Positions 1 through 10,664 of a stretch of 64,000 nucleotides of DNA are shown here, piece by piece. Below the pieces are notes generated by a model that saw nothing but the letters and a program-made list of their open reading frames with translations, was not told where the DNA came from and made no database searches. How positions within the stretch are numbered: position 1 is the stretch's first letter; the number at the start of each line of letters is the position of its first letter. A program made the translations under genes and the position numbers. The stretch comes from Candidatus Eiseniibacteriota bacterium (GTDB lineage: Bacteria > Eisenbacteria > RBG-16-71-46), in contig OY970342.1 of NCBI GenBank assembly GCA_963717505.1, positions 3,936,001 to 4,000,000 on the forward strand, given 5' to 3'.

Positions 1-833
1 ACCTTCCCCGAGGGCGCCCGATCCACGATCTTGAACTCGAAGGATTTGGGAACTCGCTCGCGCAGAGCTCGCTCGGCTTGCTCCAGGGACATGTCGGGCG
101 TGAACCGATAGTTGAGGTTCGCGACCAGCTCGTCGGGTACGACGTTGCGCGCCCGGCCCGCACGCAGCGTGGTCACTTGCAGGGTTTCGGCGAACTCGAC
201 TCCTTCGAGTTGCTTGCGCACCACCGGCACGCGCGTCACTTCCGCCAGCCAGTCGGCCGCCTGCTCGACCGCGTTGATGCCGGTCCAGGGCCGCGCGCTG
301 TGGGCGCTCTTCCCCACCACCCGCACCTCGGCGTTCAGCGAGCCGTTGCAGCCCAGCTCGACCTTGAGGTCGGTGGGCTCGAGCAACACCGCGAGTCGGG
401 CGGAGCGCAGCCACGGCATGTCCGCGATCACGCGACCGAGCCCGTTGTCGTCGGCCGGACCCTCCTCGGCGTCGTAGAACACGAACGCCAGATCGAAGCG
501 CGCGATCATCGGGTCCAGCGTTTCGAGCAGCGCCAGCATCACGGCGAGGCCGGACTTCATGTCGCTCGAGCCGAGTCCGACCACGCGGTCGTCGACGCGA
601 CGCGCGGTGCCGTTCCCCTGCGCCGGGACCGTATCCAGGTGACCGGCCACGACGGCGAGCGGCCGGCCGCTCTGCGGTCCGCGCCACACCACGCTCAGCT
701 TCGAGCGCAGGACTTCGCCGCCGCGATCCCGGAGTCGGTCCTGGACGAATGCCGCGATCTCGGCCTCGCGGCCGGTTTCGCTCGGAATGTTGATCAGCGT
801 TTCGAGCAGGTCGGCGAGCGCGGTGCCGGTCAT
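1..833 (-). CDS. dapE: Succinyl-diaminopimelate desuccinylase (M20 family), truncated at window edge
   Basis: Manual translation (not in ORF track): MTGTALADLLETLINIPSETGRE...GHLDTVP...GSSDMKSG...FYDAEEG...LLEPT...AHSARPWTGINA. Confidence 0.85.
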   Translation of the reverse strand, partial: MTGTALADLLETLINIPSETGREAEIAAFVQDRLRDRGGEVLRSKLSVVWRGPQSGRPLAVVAGHLDTVPAQGNGTARRVDDRVVGLGSSDMKSGLAVMLALLETLDPMIARFDLAFVFYDAEEGPADDNGLGRVIADMPWLRSARLAVLLEPTDLKVELGCNGSLNAEVRVVGKSAHSARPWTGINAVEQAADWLAEVTRVPVVRKQLEGVEFAETLQVTTLRAGRARNVVPDELVANLNYRFTPDMSLEQAERALRERVPKSFEFKIVDRAPSGK

Positions 834-946
834 GGCCGCGACTCTAGCCCGGTGGCCCGGCGAGGCGCCAGCCCGTCGCGAACCCAGCGTGCGACTCGTT
901 CTGGAGCGAGTTGCCGAGTCGGCGACGCCCACGTAGCGTCTGACCC

Positions 947-1795
947 GTGACCACCCCCACCTCCACGCTGCTGCGCGTCACCGGTCGCGACGCGCTCGCC
1001 GTGCTGCACCGGATCGCCACCCAACACCTGGTGGACCTGGCCGCGGGCCAGGCGCGCATGACCTGCTTCTGCGATTTCCGCGGCCGGCTGTTGGACCGCG
1101 CGTGCGTGGCCGTGGACCAGGACGGCGCGGTATGGCTGCTGCACGACGAGCCCGGCGGCGACGACCTGGCCGAGTTCGTCGATCGCCACGTGTTCCGCGA
1201 GGACGTCAAGATCGAGGATCGGAGTGCGTCCCGAAGCGTGAGTGTGGAGTTCGATTCGAACTTCCATTCGGCGCCGCGCGCGCGGCTCGAGGAAGTGACC
1301 ACGACCTGGGCGGGTTCGATCCGTACGCCCTGGACGGTGCCGGTGTCCGGCGGCGTGCTGTTCACGGTCGGCGGCGATGCGACACTTCCCAGTCATGACG
1401 AAGCCGCGCGCATTCGCGCCGGCTGGCCGCGCCACGATCACGAAGTCGACGAATCGTTCACGCCGTTCGAGGTCGGCCTCGCCCACGAGGTGCACCTGAG
1501 CAAGGGCTGCTACACCGGCCAGGAAGCGCTGATGCGGCTCGTGACCTACCGCAGCGTGCGGCGCCGGCTGGTGCGGGTGCGCGGCACCGGGTCGGCTCCG
1601 TCCGTCCCGACCGACATCGTTCACGGCGAGGCCAAGGTCGGTCGAATGACGAGTGCGGTGGCCGAGGGGGGCGGCTGGGTCGGACTCGCGGTGGTTCAGC
1701 ACGGCGTGATCGGTTCGCCCGGGAACACGCTCGCAGGGGCTGCGATCGACGCCGTCGAACCGTTCCCGTCGAGCCAGCCACTCGGGCTGCCCTGA
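947..1795 (+). CDS. YgfZ/GcvT-family folate-binding protein
   Basis: KGCYTGQE signature; N-terminal VTGRDALAVL. Confidence 0.9.
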   Translation: MTTPTSTLLRVTGRDALAVLHRIATQHLVDLAAGQARMTCFCDFRGRLLDRACVAVDQDGAVWLLHDEPGGDDLAEFVDRHVFREDVKIEDRSASRSVSVEFDSNFHSAPRARLEEVTTTWAGSIRTPWTVPVSGGVLFTVGGDATLPSHDEAARIRAGWPRHDHEVDESFTPFEVGLAHEVHLSKGCYTGQEALMRLVTYRSVRRRLVRVRGTGSAPSVPTDIVHGEAKVGRMTSAVAEGGGWVGLAVVQHGVIGSPGNTLAGAAIDAVEPFPSSQPLGLP

Positions 1796-1840
1796 TCGGC
1801 CATCGCTTCGGAGTCCGCGACTGCGATACATTGGGCGGTC

Positions 1841-4234
1841 ATGACCCTCGCTTCAGGCACCCGTTTCGGCAACTACGAGATCCTGTCTCCTCTCGGCGCG
1901 GGCGGCATGGGCGAGGTCTATCGCGCCCGTGACCTGCGTCTCGACCGGGTGGTCGCGATCAAGTCGCTGCCGGCGGGACTGACCGCGGACCCTGAACGCC
2001 TCGCCCGCTTCGAGCGCGAGGCGCGGCTGCTCGCGTCACTCAACCACCCCAACATCGCGACCATCCACGGCATCGAGGATCTCGGCGCCACGGGCGGCGG
2101 GTCGTGCCTGGTGCTCGAGTTCATCGAGGGCGAAACCCTGGCGCAGCGGATCGCGCGCGGCGCGCTGCCGGTGCGCGAGACGCTCGAAGTCGCCGGGCAG
2201 ATTGCGGCGGCGATCGAGTCGGCACACGAGCGCGGCATCGTCCACCGCGATCTCAAGCCGGGCAACGTCATGCTGACTGCGTCGCGCGCGGTCAAGGTCC
2301 TGGACTTTGGCCTGGCCAAGGACACGGACCCCGTCGCCCCCGGTTCCGGCCCGCTCTCGGCCTCGCCGACCGTGGCGATGACCGCGACCACTCCGGGCGT
2401 CATCCTGGGCACCGCTCCCTACATGAGCCCCGAGCAGGCACGCGGCAAGGCGGCCGATCGCCGCACCGACGTCTGGGCGTTCGGCTGCATCGTGATGGAA
2501 TGCCTCACCGGCCGGCCGACCTTCTCCGGCGAAACCGTGTCCGACGTGATCGCGCGCATCCTCGAGCGCGATCCCGACTGGAGCAGCATCCCGGCGTCGA
2601 CCCCGCAGCGTCTGCGCGACCTGATTCGCCGTTGCCTGACCAAGGAAGCCGCCGAACGGCCGCGTGACATCGGCGACCTGCGGCGCGAGCTGAGCGCCAT
2701 CTCGCTCGATCTCTCCAGCGGCCCGCGCGCGCCGTCCTCCGCCACCGAGGTGCCGTCGCTCGCCGTGCTCTACTTCGAGAACCTGGCCAAGGATCCGGAG
2801 AGCGACTACTTCTGCTCGGGCGTCACCGAGGACATCGTGACCGACTTGTCCAAGATCAAGGGCTTGAAAGTCGCGTCGCGCAACGCCGTGCTCCGCTACC
2901 GCGGAGCACCTGCCGATCCACAGAAGGTCGGCTCCGAACTCGGCGTGCGCGCGGTGCTCGAGGGCAGCGTGCGGCGCGCCGGCGACCGAGTTCGCATCAC
3001 GGTGCAGCTGGTCAACGCCGCTGACGGTTTCCAGCTCTGGGCCGAGCGCTACGATCGCAAGCTCGACGACATCTTCGGCGTCCAGGAAGAGATCGCGTCG
3101 TCGATCGCTGCCGCGCTGCGTGTGGCGCTGACACCGGCCGACGTCGAAAAGCTGGCCGCCGACCGTCCGAACGACGCGCGTGCCTACGATCTCTACCTCA
3201 AGGCGCGCCAACGGTATGGTCAGTATTCCGCCGATTCCTTGAAGGAAGCGCTCGAGCTCTTCCACCAGGCGATCGCGGTGGATGCCAACTACGCTCGCGC
3301 CTGGGCCGGTGTCGCCGACTGTCACGGGCAAATGGTGCAGTGGGGGTTCGAAGCACACGAGGATGGCATCCGGCTCGGGCTCGAAGCTGCACGTCGGGCC
3401 ACCACGATCGATCCCGGCCTCGCGGATGGCTACAAGGCCGAGGGACTCGTGCTTCGCATCGCCGACGATGTCGAGGGATCCCGCGCGGCGTTGGTTCGGG
3501 CGGTCCAGGCGGATCCCAACCACACCCCGGCGATCATCAACCTCGCGGTCCACGCCGTGACCCGCGCCGATCTCGCCGGCGCCGAGCGCCTGATACGTCG
3601 CACGCTCGAGATCGATCCCCAGGAGCCGTTTGCGACGTCCTGGCTAGTGCTGCTGACCCGCTGGACTCGGAGATTCGATGAATGCGAAACGCTGATCGAC
3701 CGGTTGCGCCGCCTTTCGGACGATCCGTTCTACGTCACGGCGGTGTATTCGCTCCGGGCACGATTGGCCGTCGATCGAGGCGATCTCGCATCCGCGGCGG
3801 CCACGTTGGCGGCGAGTCGAGCCGACCACTGTCGGCCCCAAGACATCGCCGCCGCCGAGGCGTTGGTGGCGGTCAACGAGGGCCGCCTCGAGAAGGCCCG
3901 GCAGATTCTTCACGAGATCGGGCAGAAGCCGCTGATGGGCGAGAGCATCCTCGCGGCTGCAGTTGCCGCCGTGCGGCTCGGAGACGTCGAACGGGCGCTC
4001 GAACTCATCAACCGAGAACTCATGCGCGACATGATGCCCTGCGTGGCCCGCCTCGAGCGGGAACTCCACCCGTTGCTCGACCACCGGCCGTTCGCCCCCC
4101 GGCGATGGAATGCGACGATGGTGTGGCCGTTGGAAGCTCCGATGATCGACCCGGCCTGTCACTCGGTGTTTCACGAGGTCAAGATCGAATCGGGTCGTCC
4201 ACAGGGCAGCGACATCCTGCGCGGGCTGGCCTGA
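1841..4234 (+). CDS. Hanks-type Ser/Thr kinase with TolB-like and TPR domains
   Basis: GAGGMGEV, HRDLKPGN, DFGLA, YMSPEQ; SLAVLYFENL domain; TPR helices. Confidence 0.92.
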   Translation: MTLASGTRFGNYEILSPLGAGGMGEVYRARDLRLDRVVAIKSLPAGLTADPERLARFEREARLLASLNHPNIATIHGIEDLGATGGGSCLVLEFIEGETLAQRIARGALPVRETLEVAGQIAAAIESAHERGIVHRDLKPGNVMLTASRAVKVLDFGLAKDTDPVAPGSGPLSASPTVAMTATTPGVILGTAPYMSPEQARGKAADRRTDVWAFGCIVMECLTGRPTFSGETVSDVIARILERDPDWSSIPASTPQRLRDLIRRCLTKEAAERPRDIGDLRRELSAISLDLSSGPRAPSSATEVPSLAVLYFENLAKDPESDYFCSGVTEDIVTDLSKIKGLKVASRNAVLRYRGAPADPQKVGSELGVRAVLEGSVRRAGDRVRITVQLVNAADGFQLWAERYDRKLDDIFGVQEEIASSIAAALRVALTPADVEKLAADRPNDARAYDLYLKARQRYGQYSADSLKEALELFHQAIAVDANYARAWAGVADCHGQMVQWGFEAHEDGIRLGLEAARRATTIDPGLADGYKAEGLVLRIADDVEGSRAALVRAVQADPNHTPAIINLAVHAVTRADLAGAERLIRRTLEIDPQEPFATSWLVLLTRWTRRFDECETLIDRLRRLSDDPFYVTAVYSLRARLAVDRGDLASAAATLAASRADHCRPQDIAAAEALVAVNEGRLEKARQILHEIGQKPLMGESILAAAVAAVRLGDVERALELINRELMRDMMPCVARLERELHPLLDHRPFAPRRWNATMVWPLEAPMIDPACHSVFHEVKIESGRPQGSDILRGLA

Positions 4235-4264
4235 GCGGTCGTGCCTGCCGAATCTCGGTGAGTG

Positions 4265-5857
4265 TTACTCCGGCGCTTCCGGCTCCTCGTCCGAGTCGTC
4301 GACCACGATCGCGTCGGTGGTCAGCACCAGCGTCCCAATGCTCGCCGCGTGCTGCAGCGCGCAGCGCGTCACCTTGGTCGGATCGACGATGCCGGCGGCG
4401 TTCAGGTCGCAATAGCGGCCTTTGAGCGCGTCGTAGCCGAACGCGTCCTTGCCGCCGCGGATCCGTTCGATCACCACACCCCCCGGCTCGCCCGCGTTCT
4501 CCGCGATCTGGCGCGCCGGCTGTTCCAGCGCCTTCGACACGATGGTCACGCCCATCTGCTCGTCTTCCGACAGCGATAATGATTCGAGCACGTGCGCGGT
4601 GCGCAGCAACGCGACCCCGCCGCCCGGCACCGTGCCCTCCTCGACCGCGGAGCGGGTGGCGGCCAGCGCATCGTCGTAGCGCGTGCGCCGTTCGGCCATC
4701 TCCAGCTCGGTGGGCGCGCCGACACGCACCACCGCGATCCCGCCCGACAAGCGCGCGACGCGCTGGCGCAGGGCATCGCGCTCGAATCCCGGACCTGCCG
4801 CACCCGCGGCGCGATCGAGTTTGGCGATGCGGTCGCGAATGATGCGCGCATCGCCTCCGCCTTCGATCAACGTGGTGGTGTCGCGATCGACCACCACGCG
4901 CTGGGCGCGTCCGAGATCGCCGGGCTCGAGTCGATCGAGCGTACGGCCCATCTCGCGGGTCACCAGCGTGGCTCCGGTCAGCACCGCCAGGTCCTCGAGC
5001 AGCTCGCGCCCGCGCTCGCCGCTCTGGGGCAGGCGGACTCCGACGCAGGCGATGGTGCCGCGCAGGCGATTGACCACCATGGTCGCCAGGGCTTCGCCTT
5101 CGATGTCCTCGGCGATCACCACCAGCGGCCGGCCGGCCTGGGCGGCGTGCTCGAGGACCGCGAGCACTTCCTGCGCCGCCGCGAGACGCAGCGACGTCAA
5201 CAGCACGAAGGGGTGCTCGAGCGTGACCGTCATGTCCTCGCCACGCGTCACGAAGTAGGGCGAAACGTAGCCGTAGTCCAGCCGCACGCCTTCGACCACC
5301 TCCAGCGTGTCGGTGAGCCCGCGCCCCTCGTCGACCGTGACCACGCCACTGCGCCCGACCCGATCGAACGCTTCCGCCACCAGCGATCCGATCCGCGAGT
5401 CGTTGGCGCTGATCACCGCGACACGCTGGAGGTCTTCGCGGCCGTCGACCGCGCGCGCCTGTCGCTTGAGATCCTCGACCACCAGGTTCACCGCCCGTTC
5501 GATTCCGCGCTTGAGCGCCATCGGGTTGTGCCCCGCGGCAACTGCCTCGAGTCCGCGGGACACGATGCCGTGGGCGAGCACCGTGGCGGTCGTGGTGCCG
5601 TCGCCCGCCACCTCGCCGGTCTTGATCGCGACTTCGCGCACCAGTTGGGCGCCCAGGTTCTCGAACGGATTGACCAGCTCGATCTCGCGAGCGATCGCCA
5701 GCCCGTCGCTGGTGATGGTCGGCACCCCGTGCAGGTGATCGATCACCACGTTGCGCCCGCGCGGACCGAGCGTCACGCGCACCGCGCCCGCCAGCTGGTC
5801 GACGCCGCGTCGTAGTGATTGTCGAGCCTGATCGTCGAACTCGATGCGCTTGCCCAT
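4265..5857 (-). CDS. groL: Chaperonin GroEL paralog
   Basis: VTLGPRGRNVVI, GDGTTTATVLA, GIVDPTKVTR; acidic tail instead of GGM repeats. Confidence 0.93.
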   Translation of the reverse strand: MGKRIEFDDQARQSLRRGVDQLAGAVRVTLGPRGRNVVIDHLHGVPTITSDGLAIAREIELVNPFENLGAQLVREVAIKTGEVAGDGTTTATVLAHGIVSRGLEAVAAGHNPMALKRGIERAVNLVVEDLKRQARAVDGREDLQRVAVISANDSRIGSLVAEAFDRVGRSGVVTVDEGRGLTDTLEVVEGVRLDYGYVSPYFVTRGEDMTVTLEHPFVLLTSLRLAAAQEVLAVLEHAAQAGRPLVVIAEDIEGEALATMVVNRLRGTIACVGVRLPQSGERGRELLEDLAVLTGATLVTREMGRTLDRLEPGDLGRAQRVVVDRDTTTLIEGGGDARIIRDRIAKLDRAAGAAGPGFERDALRQRVARLSGGIAVVRVGAPTELEMAERRTRYDDALAATRSAVEEGTVPGGGVALLRTAHVLESLSLSEDEQMGVTIVSKALEQPARQIAENAGEPGGVVIERIRGGKDAFGYDALKGRYCDLNAAGIVDPTKVTRCALQHAASIGTLVLTTDAIVVDDSDEEPEAPE

Positions 5858-5908
5858 GGGGTCCATCCCTCGGCCGACCGGCGGCCGGATCCGGCATACG
5901 GCAATGAG

Positions 5909-7696
5909 TTACGGGTTGGTCTTCAGGTGACGCTCGATATCCGGCTCCAGATGGCGTTCGAATGCTCGCGCCCAGCCCTTCACCTGGTCATCGGCCTCCG
6001 GATGACGCGCCGCCACTGCGAACCAGCGGGCGGCCGACGACGAGTCCCCGGCCATCGCGAAACATACCCCCGCGTCCGCCGGGTGTCGCGCCGAGTCCGG
6101 CTCGGCGCCGGCCAGCAACACGAACTCGCCCGCTGCCGACAACCAGTCGCCGGCCGCAGCGAACCTCGCCGCCAGCTCCCGGTGATCCTGGGACCAGCGC
6201 TCGCTCGCGCGCCGCTCAGGATCGGACTCCTCGCGTCCGGCGTGGATCTCGACCCACCCCGACGTGCTGTCGTAACGAAAGAAGCGATCGGGACCGTCGG
6301 GTGCTCGCGAGCTCCGGGCGGCGTACGCGCTGAAGAACCCGCCGCTCAACGTGGGGTCCCGATACCACACCCGGAGCGCGGGTCCGCCTTCGGTGAGAAA
6401 GCCGACATGGGTGGGCACGCGCGTGAAGAAGAAACGGGTGTTCGGCTCCGGCTTCGGCACGACACGAAGCAGGTCGGCGCGCAGGAACGACACGAAACTC
6501 GCCGCGCGCTTCTGGTATGCCTCGGTGCCCCAGTCGGTCGACGGCGTCGCGCTCAGAATCCCGCGGAGCGCCACCAGCACAACGACCACGCTCACCGCCA
6601 CCCAGCGCCGGACAGCAACCCAGGGCGACAGCGCGATCCACACGCCCATCGCACCGAGCAAGGTGTAGTAGGCGTGCCAGCCGGCGCCCGGCCAGAAGGC
6701 CGGCATCCACGCGACCAACGCCCACACGATCCCGCACGCGGTGACACGCCACGGTTCGGCAGCCGGCTTCGGCGCCGGCTTCGGGGCCGGCTTCGGATCG
6801 TCGTCTTCGCGGGGGCGATACAATACGAGCAGCAGGAGCGGAACCAGCGCCGGCATCGTGCGCTTGAGGATGGCGAGCCAGGGCTCGGCGGGCGCCGGTG
6901 CGTGATCCAGGTTGAACGGCACCAGCAGAGTGCGCACGACACGGGTCGTGAACGATGCACTTCCCTCCGGCGCCTCGAGGCCACCCGACGCCGCAGCACG
7001 CAGAGCGGGGTGGAGCAACGCCCATCCGGCGGCAACGACCAGCATCGGCAACGCCCGTATCAGGACGGTTCGCGTCGAAACCCGATCCGCGATCAGTGCG
7101 AGGGCGATCGCGATCCCCGGCACCACTGCCGCCGACTCCTTGCTGAGGAGTGCCGCCGCAAGGAAGCCGGCTGCGATCCACGGCCGGTGCGCGAGAAACG
7201 CATGGAGCGACAGCAGACCGAACAGGAGCATCCAGGATTCCTGCACGCCCGCCACCCAGACCACCGGGACCGCCCAGGCCGCGAGCGCCGCCGTCGCGAC
7301 GATCGCCACCGTCGCCGCCCGCACCCCCGCGATCCGCCGCGCGATCTGGAAGTAGACCGCGAGTGCCCCGATCGCCACCGCGACCCCGACCAGGTGGAAG
7401 ACGAGCTCGTTCGGCCCCACGGCTCGCTGGAGCCACCAGTAGTGGAACTCGCGCGACAGCGGTCGCCACCAGCCGAACATTAGCGACTGGGTGCCCCACA
7501 GTGATGCGAAGCCGGCGTCGCGCGTGCGATCGAGGAAGATGTAGTCGTCGTTCAGGAATGGCGCGCGCCGCGCATAGCTGTACCCGGCGATCAGTGAAGC
7601 CGCGACCAGCAATGAACTGCGAAGCCCCGCGCTGCGGATGCGCTTGAGAATCTGGTTGGCCCCCGCCCGAATCAGCAGGGCCGAAATCACCGCCAT
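5909..7696 (-). CDS. Multi-TM GT-C-like (GT39/PMT-like) membrane protein; start uncertain
   Basis: NDDY, WRPLS and LLSKE motifs; many TM segments; paralog of 11525-13249. Confidence 0.6.
   Translation of the reverse strand: MAVISALLIRAGANQILKRIRSAGLRSSLLVAASLIAGYSYARRAPFLNDDYIFLDRTRDAGFASLWGTQSLMFGWWRPLSREFHYWWLQRAVGPNELVFHLVGVAVAIGALAVYFQIARRIAGVRAATVAIVATAALAAWAVPVVWVAGVQESWMLLFGLLSLHAFLAHRPWIAAGFLAAALLSKESAAVVPGIAIALALIADRVSTRTVLIRALPMLVVAAGWALLHPALRAAASGGLEAPEGSASFTTRVVRTLLVPFNLDHAPAPAEPWLAILKRTMPALVPLLLLVLYRPREDDDPKPAPKPAPKPAAEPWRVTACGIVWALVAWMPAFWPGAGWHAYYTLLGAMGVWIALSPWVAVRRWVAVSVVVVLVALRGILSATPSTDWGTEAYQKRAASFVSFLRADLLRVVPKPEPNTRFFFTRVPTHVGFLTEGGPALRVWYRDPTLSGGFFSAYAARSSRAPDGPDRFFRYDSTSGWVEIHAGREESDPERRASERWSQDHRELAARFAAAGDWLSAAGEFVLLAGAEPDSARHPADAGVCFAMAGDSSSAARWFAVAARHPEADDQVKGWARAFERHLEPDIERHLKTNP
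6762..6797. repeat. 3 x 12-bp tandem repeat GCCGGCTTCGGN encoding PKPA x3
   Basis: Read directly from the sequence. Confidence 0.85.
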
Positions 7697-8796
7697 CGAG
7701 CCAGGAACAGGTTGGTTTCGCCTCGGGCCCTGGCCCCCCGATTCGAGGCGAACACCAGCCACTGTCCGTCGGGGCTGAACATCGGGAAGCCGTCGAAGGT
7801 CGGATCACGGGTCACCGGCTCAGCGGTCCCGCCGCCGACCGGCACCAGGTAGAGGTCGAAATTGCGACCCTCGGGCTGCTCGTGGTTGGACGAGAAGATC
7901 AGCGCTTTGTCGTCCGGGGTGAAGAACGGCGCGAAGGAGGCGCCCGGCAGGTTCGTGACCTGGCGCTTGTCGCTGCCATTGGCGCGCATCACCCACAGAT
8001 TCATGTGCGAGGGCCGCACCAGATCCTGCGCGAGCAACGCCCGATAGTCCGCGACCGCCACCGAGTCCACCGGATGGTCGGCGCGGTAGCAGATGAGCTT
8101 GCCGTCGTGCGAGAAGAACGCGCCACCGTCGTAGCCGACTTCGTGCGTCAGGCGTTGCCTCGCAGTGCCGTCGGGTTTCATGCGATAGAGCTCGAGGTCG
8201 CCGTGACGCAACGAGGTGAACACGATCCATTTCCCGTCGGTGGAAACGGTGGCCTCCGCGTCGTAGCGCGGCGAGGGCGCCAGCGGCTTCAGGTCGGAGC
8301 CGTCGGGCTTCGCGGTGTACAAGTCGTAGCCGGGGTAGAGCGGCCATACGTAGCCGCGGGAGTAGTCGGGGCGCGGCGGACAGGTGTCGGCGGCGGCGTG
8401 GGTCGAAGCGAACAGGATGCGGTGGTCCTGGTCGTAGAAGTAGCCGCAGGTGGTGCGTCCCTTCCCGGTGCTGACGCGCTCGGTGGTGCCGGTCACCACG
8501 TCGAGAATGTACTGCTGGTCGCACGGCCAGTCCCCGCGCGTCGCCTGGAAGATGAGCCGGGTGCCGTCGGCCGACCAGTAGGCTTCGGCGTTCTCGCCGC
8601 CGAACGTCAGCTGCCACAGCTCGGCGAAGTGAGTTTCGCCTTCCCGGATCAGACTGTCGGCTCGGTAGTCCTGACTCATGGGCTCCGTGGACTCGGTCGC
8701 ACTCACGGGCGACGAGAGCCACCGTCCGCCGGCGGGGACCCAGGCCATCCCGGCGACCATGCCCACGACCGCCATTCGCGTGACGATGCGTCTCAT
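7687..8796 (-). CDS. TolB-like PD40 beta-propeller secreted protein
   Basis: Signal peptide; GENAEAYWSADG, YDGGAFFSHDG, FDGFPMFSPDG repeats. Confidence 0.88.
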   Translation of the reverse strand: MRRIVTRMAVVGMVAGMAWVPAGGRWLSSPVSATESTEPMSQDYRADSLIREGETHFAELWQLTFGGENAEAYWSADGTRLIFQATRGDWPCDQQYILDVVTGTTERVSTGKGRTTCGYFYDQDHRILFASTHAAADTCPPRPDYSRGYVWPLYPGYDLYTAKPDGSDLKPLAPSPRYDAEATVSTDGKWIVFTSLRHGDLELYRMKPDGTARQRLTHEVGYDGGAFFSHDGKLICYRADHPVDSVAVADYRALLAQDLVRPSHMNLWVMRANGSDKRQVTNLPGASFAPFFTPDDKALIFSSNHEQPEGRNFDLYLVPVGGGTAEPVTRDPTFDGFPMFSPDGQWLVFASNRGARARGETNLFLARWR

Positions 8797-10664
8797 CGGT
8801 TGCGCCGCCCCAGAATCGCCAGCAGCTCGACGTCGGCCCCACCCCGTTTCACCGTGATGTGCACCTGCTGCCCGGGCTTTCGCGAGCGCAGAGCAAACGT
8901 GTAGTCGTAGATGTTGTCGACGCGGATGCCGTCGAAGCGCACGATGACGTCCCCGCCCTTGAGCCCGGCCGAATCCGCCGGGCTGCCGGAACGCACGCCC
9001 GAAAGCAGCACGCCGCCTTCGGTCTGCATGTAGTCCGGAATGGTGCCCAGGTAGGCGCCGTAGCCGCCACCGCCGGCGATGCGTCCGGTCGAGCTGTCGG
9101 CCTTGGCGCGCACGTAGCGGACGCGCGGCCGCGCATCGAGTGACTCGACCAGGGCGGTCGCGAAGCGCGTCACCCGCTCGAGCCCGGCGGCGTTGATCTT
9201 GTCCCAGGTGTCGCTCGGCTTGTGGTAGTCGGCATGCGCCCCGGTGAACATCATGAGCACCGGAATGTCGCGCTTGTAGAACGACGAGTGGTCGCTCGGC
9301 CCGTAGCCGTCGCTCGAAGTTCGGAGCGTGAACGCGCCCTTCGCCTCGCTGCTCGCGTGCGCCTGCGGCGAACCGACCGCGCGGTTCACGTTGGCGAGCA
9401 GCTCGGGGAACTCGGCGGCCGTCCCGGCGCCCATCACCATCAGGCGGTCGTCGCGCAGACGCCCGACCATGTCGAAGTTGAGCATGGCTTCGACAGTCTC
9501 GATCGGCCGCGTCGGGTCGTCGACGAAGTGCGACGAGCCGATCAGCCCGCTCTCCTCGCCGGTGAACGCGCAGAACACCAGGTTGTGGTCGGGGCGCTGG
9601 CCGGCGCGCGCCTCGGGGCGCAGCGTGCAGGCGAGCCCGAGCAGAGCCGCGGTGCCCGAGGCATTGTCGTCGGCGCCGACGTGCGGCACCTGTACCTCGG
9701 GCGTGAGCGAGCTTTCGCCGCCGTACCCCAGGTGGTCGTAGTGGGCGCCGATCACGATGGTGCGCGTGGTGTCGCGGCCCCGGATCCATCCCACCACGTT
9801 GCGCGTGTTGGCGCGGGTGCGCTTGAGCGACACGGTCAGCGTCACTGAATCCGCGAGCGCCAGGCTGTGCGGGCGCCCGTGCGCCTCGATCGCCGATTGC
9901 GCCGCCGCCAGGGTCAAGCCGCTGCCGGCCAGCATCTGCTCGGCCAACCGCTCCGACACCCGTGCCGCCAGCAGCCCGCTGGTCATGTACCCACCACCGT
10001 CGGTGCGGGGTCGCGGCAGCGGCTCGCCCGCGTGCCAGCGCGGACCATTCACCACCAGGAGCCCGATCGCGCCGTGCTCGCGCGCGGCAATCGCCTTGGT
10101 GCGCAGCTCGGCGTGCGCGGTGTTGACGCTGCCGTCGAATCGGCTGGACGAGTCCATCTCGCCCGGTTCATGGTTCAGCACCAGCACCAGCTTGTCGCGC
10201 ACATCGATCCCGGCGTAGTCGTCGTAGTCGAAGCCCGGAGCGCTGATGCCGTAGCCGGCGAACACGACGGGAGCGGTGACCGTGCCGTTGGTCGAGAAGC
10301 CGATCGGCTGATAGTGATCGCCGGATGGAATGCGATCAGTGCCGGTTTGGATCGCACTCGGCGCGACCACTTCGACTCCGGTCGTGACCTCCACCGACTG
10401 GAACCAGGTGCCCTTTTCCCCGCCCGGCTCGAGACCGAGCGCCCGCATTCGTGCCGCGATCCAGTTCGCCGCCGAGTCGATGCCGGCGGTGCCGAGACCG
10501 CGTCCCTCCCACGCCGGGTCGGCGAGGCGACGGACGGACTCGATCAGGGCGCCCGGAGGGCACGTTTCCGTGCTCGCATGCGAGACGGACACACAGATGA
10601 CCGAAAGCAAGACCGGCAGGGATGCCTGTTGCCAGGCGCGCAGCGGACCCACGCGGCGACTCAC
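8793..10664 (-). CDS. M28 peptidase with PA and PDZ domains
   Basis: GAHYDHLG, GADDNASG, GEESGLIGS, SDHSSF, DYHKPSD; C-terminal PDZ. Confidence 0.92.
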   Translation of the reverse strand: MSRRVGPLRAWQQASLPVLLSVICVSVSHASTETCPPGALIESVRRLADPAWEGRGLGTAGIDSAANWIAARMRALGLEPGGEKGTWFQSVEVTTGVEVVAPSAIQTGTDRIPSGDHYQPIGFSTNGTVTAPVVFAGYGISAPGFDYDDYAGIDVRDKLVLVLNHEPGEMDSSSRFDGSVNTAHAELRTKAIAAREHGAIGLLVVNGPRWHAGEPLPRPRTDGGGYMTSGLLAARVSERLAEQMLAGSGLTLAAAQSAIEAHGRPHSLALADSVTLTVSLKRTRANTRNVVGWIRGRDTTRTIVIGAHYDHLGYGGESSLTPEVQVPHVGADDNASGTAALLGLACTLRPEARAGQRPDHNLVFCAFTGEESGLIGSSHFVDDPTRPIETVEAMLNFDMVGRLRDDRLMVMGAGTAAEFPELLANVNRAVGSPQAHASSEAKGAFTLRTSSDGYGPSDHSSFYKRDIPVLMMFTGAHADYHKPSDTWDKINAAGLERVTRFATALVESLDARPRVRYVRAKADSSTGRIAGGGGYGAYLGTIPDYMQTEGGVLLSGVRSGSPADSAGLKGGDVIVRFDGIRVDNIYDYTFALRSRKPGQQVHITVKRGGADVELLAILGRRNR

